NCBI GenBank assembly: GCA_964016885.1
Contig: OZ024741.1
Coordinates: 187,612,001-187,676,000, forward strand
DNA: 64,000 nt
From: Eledone cirrhosa
Taxonomy: Eukaryota
Direction: 5' to 3'
Within the stretch, counting starts at the first letter, position 1; every line of letters begins with the position of its first letter. Below, in pieces: positions 58,117 to 64,000 of this stretch. The notes under the pieces were generated by a model. It ran no database searches, was not told where the DNA came from, and worked only from the letters and a program-made list of their open reading frames with translations. Position numbers and translations under genes: made by a program.

Positions 58117-58400
58117 ATGGTGGTAGTACTGGCTAGTAATAGTAGTGGTGGTAGTTACACTGGCTAGTAGTAGTAGTAGTAGTAGTAGTGATGGGGGTGG
58201 TACTGGCTAGTAATAGTAGTGGTGGTAGTAGTTACACTGGCTAGTAGTAGTAGTAGTAGTAGTAGTAGTAATGTTGTTGGTGGTGGTGATGATGGTGGTG
58301 GTGGCACAGCCTGGTAATAGTAGTGATAGTAGTTACACAGGCTAAACATGGTAGTGGTAGTGGTGTTGGTGGTGGTGTTGGTGTTGGTGGTGGTAGTTGC
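57744..58400. repeat. (TAG)n composite array with ACTGGCTAG spacers
   Basis: Higher-order units of about 65-75 bp. Confidence 0.9.
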
Positions 58401-59457
58401 AGTGGCTAAGTGTGGCAGTGGTGGTACTGGATCATAGTAGTGATAGTTGATATTGTTACTACTTACGCCTGCCTAAGTCTAACAGGTCTTTCCTAGTTCT
58501 CTTGGGTGTTTTGTAGTAGTACTACTAGCAGCAGCAATATTGGAGTTAGCAGCAGTAGTAGTTTTTCAATACAACCATATTTATAGCTAACATATGTATA
58601 TTAATATACTAGTTGTAGCAGCAGTTAATAACAACAGTAGTAGTTAAATTCTAATACTATATTATATTAACAAGACCAGGGAAACTATATAGTATATACA
58701 ACCAAATTATCAAATCACGGTATACTACCTTAACGTGTTTCATACCTGCAACTGCCCCTGCTTCTAAGCTGTTTATTTTAAGGTGTCTATATTTATCTAA
58801 AATCCTTCCATCATAATTTTATGTAAAAACCTTTGTTAAGTTATGATCCAAAGACCAGCTTAATAATGAGAAAGTTAGTTATGTTACTAAATTCTTTCAA
58901 AATCTTGATTATTTTCAAATGATTTGAAAATTATAGACAATGTATTTCATAAGTAAAAAAAGATATGGTAAAGAAAGGGTTAAGAATACAGAAGATAATG
59001 TAGCTTGAATACGACAGCATGATAACTGGAATACCTTTCATCACAAGTCTGCTCAATCAGGATTAGACCTGGGGTTAAACGACAATTATTACATCAATAA
59101 TGATATCAGAATTATAGTAGCAGTTGTTGTTCAGCCTTGATCAAATAAACATGATCAAAGATATTCCAACAATGACCATCCTGTGTTTTTAAAAATATAT
59201 GCAGGGCTTACATCAACTGATGCCTTCTACTTATTTAATACAGTAACTTGTAATAGTAATGAGCTTTGGCTGCTATTTCAAGCAGGTCCAGCAACCACCT
59301 CAGATTATCATAACGATGATGATCATAAAAAAAGCAATACTAATTGTGTTGATGATAAATGTTGAGGAAGGGAAGGAGAAAAAAAAACTAACATAACAGT
59401 AGTATCAATATTACATATATATATGAAAGATGAACATATTCCGATTCTGATCTCCAC

Positions 59458-59548
59458 TGCGCCTGATAAGCAAATTAATCCCAGAGTTGTAGCTGACTAT
59501 AAACAATCAAGGCTCCGAGCTGGTCATTTGTGAAACACATGTAACACA
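59458..59548 (+). ncRNA. Degenerate hammerhead ribozyme
   Basis: TGCGC-CTGATAA-GCAAAT...ATTTGT-GAAA-CACATG-TA|ACACA. G8A change in the core; the stem I 3' arm looks like GCGCA decayed by G>A; AATAAA follows. Confidence 0.5.
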
Positions 59549-60612
59549 TGATTTTAAATAAATTAAGTTAAACTGAAACTTCAATCCCTCATTCTTAATA
59601 TAAACATTCTGCATATTAGATGTTGGTGTTAATACACACTTTCAACACTGAATATCCAATTCTCGTATAAGCATATAGTGCTTAATCAGGTGCCAACTGG
59701 CTATATGTGTATATGTGTGTGTGTATATATATATATATAAGATACAGAGAGAGAGATGGAGAGATAGATACATAGATATATGAGAAGTTAGTAGTTAAAA
59801 CCACTAAGACCAGTATTCAACTTAGTACTCTATAATTAAGAAAAGTAATTGTAGGGCAAAAATCATTATTATATATAGAGATAGATAGATACACATATGA
59901 AAAGGGCAATAAATTGACAGGGTCATAAGGAAATGAAAATGAAATGAACTATACAGCTCACACCAATGCAAGTTTAACTGACCTCCTACAAATTTGAATC
60001 TTATAGGTATCTCGAGTGTTTTAATGATAGGGTTCCCAGCATTATCATGAAAAACAGTGTGAAATGAAGTATCTTGCTCAAGAACACAATAACCTGTACA
60101 GGATTCAAATCCACGAGCTGGTGATAATGAGCCCAATGCCCTGACCACTAGGCCACATGCTTTCACAAAACAGATATACCTCCAATGGAATGCAATCTTG
60201 CAATCCCCGAATCAGAGAAGAGTGTCTTATCCACTGAACCATGAAAGCATCTTGAGTCATTAGAAGCATCAGTAAAAATGCTTTATGCTATGTTCTGAAT
60301 ATCTGTGCTGAGTTCAAACCCTATCAAAGTCATCTAAGCCTTTCATCCTTTCAGGGTCAGTAAACAATATATACCAGACCAAGAGCAATGGATTGGAGGA
60401 ATTGTTAAAGCACTGGACAAGATGTCTTGCAGCATCTGTTCTAACTCCATGCATTCTCAGATGAAATCCCACCTTCCATTGGCAGTTGTAAAATGGCAGT
60501 ATCAATATGAAAACAGTCTCCTAGGTCCAATCTGGAAAATCGCCTACTTTCCATTCTGTATATATATATTAACTGGAGTAAACTGAAGTTTTAGCTGTTG
60601 TACAGCAAGTAC

Positions 60613-60656
<44 letters not shown>

Positions 60657-60864
60657 CACAATAGAAACAATAAACGACAATTTCAGTATAAACAGCCACA
60701 CCTTATCAGGACTTGATTGACCAGCTAGTTATAAAGGTATGATCGTTATTGTGTGTGTGTGGAAAACACATAAAACAATGTGTCATCATCATCACCATTT
60801 AACATCTATTTTTCCACTCATGCATGTGTGTTTGTGTAATATATATATATATCATACACACACA

Positions 60865-60907
<43 letters not shown>

Positions 60908-61789
60908 TCAAACATATCATTGAATTAAATAAATTGGTGAGATGATAGCCAGAAGAAGAGAAGGAGGAAGGGTATCCATGACCCCTACATGCTCCACTCC
61001 CAGGTCAGTATGTTAGTTGTGGTTAATATTCAGTTTGAACATCAGCATGTCAGCTTACAAAGTAAAATATAGCCATGCAGGGAATTGCAGAAAGCACCAT
61101 GAATGACCTTTTTCTGGGTCAGAGATTTGTTGGAAGAACGGAAAAAGGAAAAATTATTTTTTTCTTTAGACAGGAGACAAGGCCCAATTGTCAGCAACAG
61201 AATGGACACTGCTCAAAGATCCAATGACCAAGTGACGATGTGAAACCAGTTGACACATTAAGTCAACCACTCTGTCACTATAGCTAGTTATTCCTTTCTT
61301 TAAGACAGCAAAGAGAATTTGAAAGAGAAGTTGCATAGAGGCTTGTTTCAAATTATGTAATGCTATGAGGATAAGACACTGTTAGTGATTACCTTGGCTT
61401 ACAAGAGATTTCTATATATAAGACATACATCTACATCTGGATAGAGGAAAAGTCTATCAGCAGATATAGATTTTCTACAACACTAAAGGAACTTAAGTTT
61501 GGAATTATGGAATATGTTCTGAACATGTTGTACATGTTTACCCTTTTGATATGAACACACCCCAAACGCCCTCTGGTTCTATAAAACAAAACATTCCATT
61601 TTAAAAGGTTTCTATTTAAATTAAAATCCTCCAGCATAACTTGTGATAAGAACTTTTTGATAATTCATATTATAACTACCATCTTAATAATTAAATAATT
61701 AATCATTTTAGTAATACCCCCATAAAAATGTGCATTAATCAGTCCAAATACAGTGAATTCCATTATAAATATGGTCACTAAAGGGTCAA

Positions 61790-63536
61790 AACAGTAGTGT
61801 TATGTCATGACCATGTCAATACAGTAGTGTTATGCCATGAATTTGTCAATACAGTAGTGTTATGTCCTGACCATGTCAATACAGTAGTGTTATGTCATGA
61901 CCATGTCAATACACTAGTGTTATGCCATGACTTTGTCAATACAGTAGTGTTATGCCATGACTTTGTCAATACAGTAGTGTTATGTCATGACTTTGTCAAT
62001 ACAGTAGTGTTATGCCATGATCTTGTCAATACAGTAGTGTTATGTCATGACCATGTCAATACAGTAGTGTTATGTCATGATCTTGTCAATACAGTAGTGT
62101 TATGTCATGATCTTGTCAATACAGTAGTGTTATGTCATGACCATGTCAATACAGTAGTGTTATGTCATGATCTTGTCAATACAGTAGTGTTATGTCATGA
62201 CTTTGTCAATACAGTAGTGTTATGTCCTGACCATGTCAATACAGTAGTGTTATGTCCTGACCATGTCAATACAGTAGTGTTATGTCCTGACCATGTCAAT
62301 ACAGTAGTGTTATGTCCTGACCATGTCAATACAGTAGTGTTATGTCATGACTTTGTCAATACAGTAATGTTATGCCATGACTTTGTCAATACAGTAGTGT
62401 TATGTCCTGACCATGTCAATACACTAGTGTTATGCCATGACTTTGTCAATACAGTAGTGTTATGCCATGATCTTGTCAATACAGTAGTGTTATGTCATGA
62501 CCATGTCAATACAGCACTATTATGCCATGACTTTGTCAATACAGTAATGTTATGCCATGACTTTGTCAATACAGTAGTGTTATGCCAAGACCTTGTCAAT
62601 ACACTAGTGTTATGCCATGACCATGTCAATACAGTAGTGTTATGTCATGACCATGTCAATACAGTAGTGTTATGTCATGACTTTGTCAATACAGTAGTGT
62701 TATGTCCTGACCATGTCAATACAGTAGTGTTATGTCCTGACCATGTCAATACAGTAGTGTTATGTCCTGACCATGTCAATACAGTAGTGTTATGTCCTGA
62801 CCATGTCAATACAGTAGTGTTATGTCATGACTTTGTCAATACAGTAGTGTTATGCCATGACCTTGTCAATACAGTAGTGTTATGTCATGACTTTGTCAAT
62901 ACAGTAGTGTTATGTCCTGACCATGTCAATACAGTAGTGTTATGCCATGAATTTGTCAATACAGTAGTGTTATGCCATGACCATGTCAATACAGTAGTGT
63001 TATGTCATGACCATGTCAATACAGTAGTGTTATGCCATGACCATGTCAATACAGTAGTGTTATGTCATGACCATGTCAATACAGTAGTGTTATGCCATGA
63101 CTTTGTCAATACAGTAGTGTTATGCCATGACCATGTCAATACAGTAGTGTTATGCCATGACCATGTCAATACAGTAGTGTTATGTCATGACCATGTCAAT
63201 ACAGTAGTGTTATGCCATGACCTTGTCAATACAGTAGTGTTATGCCATGACTTTGTCAATACAGTAGTGTTATGCCATGACTTTGTCAATACAGTAGTGT
63301 TATGTCATGACCATGTCAATACAGTAGTGTTATGCCATGACCTTGTCAATACAGTAGTGTTATGCCATGACTTTGTCAATACAGTAGTATTATGCCATGA
63401 CCTTGTAAATGCAGTAGTGTTATGCCATGACCTTGTCAATACAGTAGTGTTATGCCATGACTTTGTCAATACAGTAGTGTTATGTCATGACCTTGTCAAT
63501 ACAGTAGTGTTATGTCATGACCTTGGTTCAACAGTA
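61790..63536. repeat. 30-bp minisatellite, about 58 units
   Basis: Unit ACAGTAGTGTTATG[T/C]C[A/C]TGA[CCA/CTT/TCT/CCT]TGTCAAT, with exact 30-bp phase throughout. Confidence 0.97.
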
Positions 63537-64000
63537 ATCTATTAACATCTTGTTAGTACAATAGCAATAGGGATATGCTAACATTATCTTGTTACTATAA
63601 TAGTAATGTGTTAATATTATCTTGCTGATACAATAGTGACATGCCATCAACTTGTCTCCACATTAGCCATATGCAGTACATCAACACAAACCACAAGCCA
63701 TCTTTTTATCGATATAAGAGAAATATGCAGTATGACAATACAACCACAATATATATTATGTCAATACAACAACAATATACTAATACATCCAACACCTTAG
63801 TGATTTACTATTACAATTAAAAAATTTGCTACTATTAAATAAATACAATATCTTACAATGCCTTTTCTATAGGGACACATCATACAGAAACATGCTAATA
63901 GACACAGGTTATATTATTATACAATATAGATCCAAGCTATCTTATTTACACAACAGAGGTAGAGGTTAAATTATTTATACACTACAGACCTATGCTAATA

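Noticed and set aside
61797-63545. 582-aa ORF (VVLCHDHVNT)n as a real metal-binding protein
   Set aside because: Coincides exactly with a 30-bp minisatellite, starts at GTG, and has no unique domain or splice evidence.

Overview
AT-rich, microsatellite-dense animal DNA, most likely cephalopod/octopus-like (inferred from the tRNA-CORE and tRNA-Nin SINEs, RTE LINE relics and very abundant (TA)n, (CA)n, (CAT)n and (TAG)n tracts). Nearly all ORFs in the track are simple-repeat artefacts. I can support one protein-coding exon: 16990-17201 (-), with clean splice sites, encoding a BAD-like BH3-only peptide (Akt/14-3-3 motif RDRAHSLP followed by the BH3 helix IGQELRRISDEY). The main hidden signal is RNA structure in the short unique islands between (TA)n tracts. 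At least four complete minimal type I hammerhead ribozymes are present (19791-, 34517-, 49173+, 52605-), plus about eight degenerate or half copies. They have palindromic stem III, compensatory and G.U-rich stem II, and often fold-back (inverted) flanks, which fits Penelope-like pseudo-LTR or retrozyme fragments targeting TA repeats. A local duplication preserves a filled and an empty site for one of them. There is also an HDV-like ribozyme fold heading a bipartite RTE-derived element (31970-32413), nested TTAA MITEs, hAT and Tc1/mariner MITEs, several minisatellites, and an apparent CpG-poor / CpG-rich / CpG-poor domain structure. All folds were paired by eye and no database searches were run.
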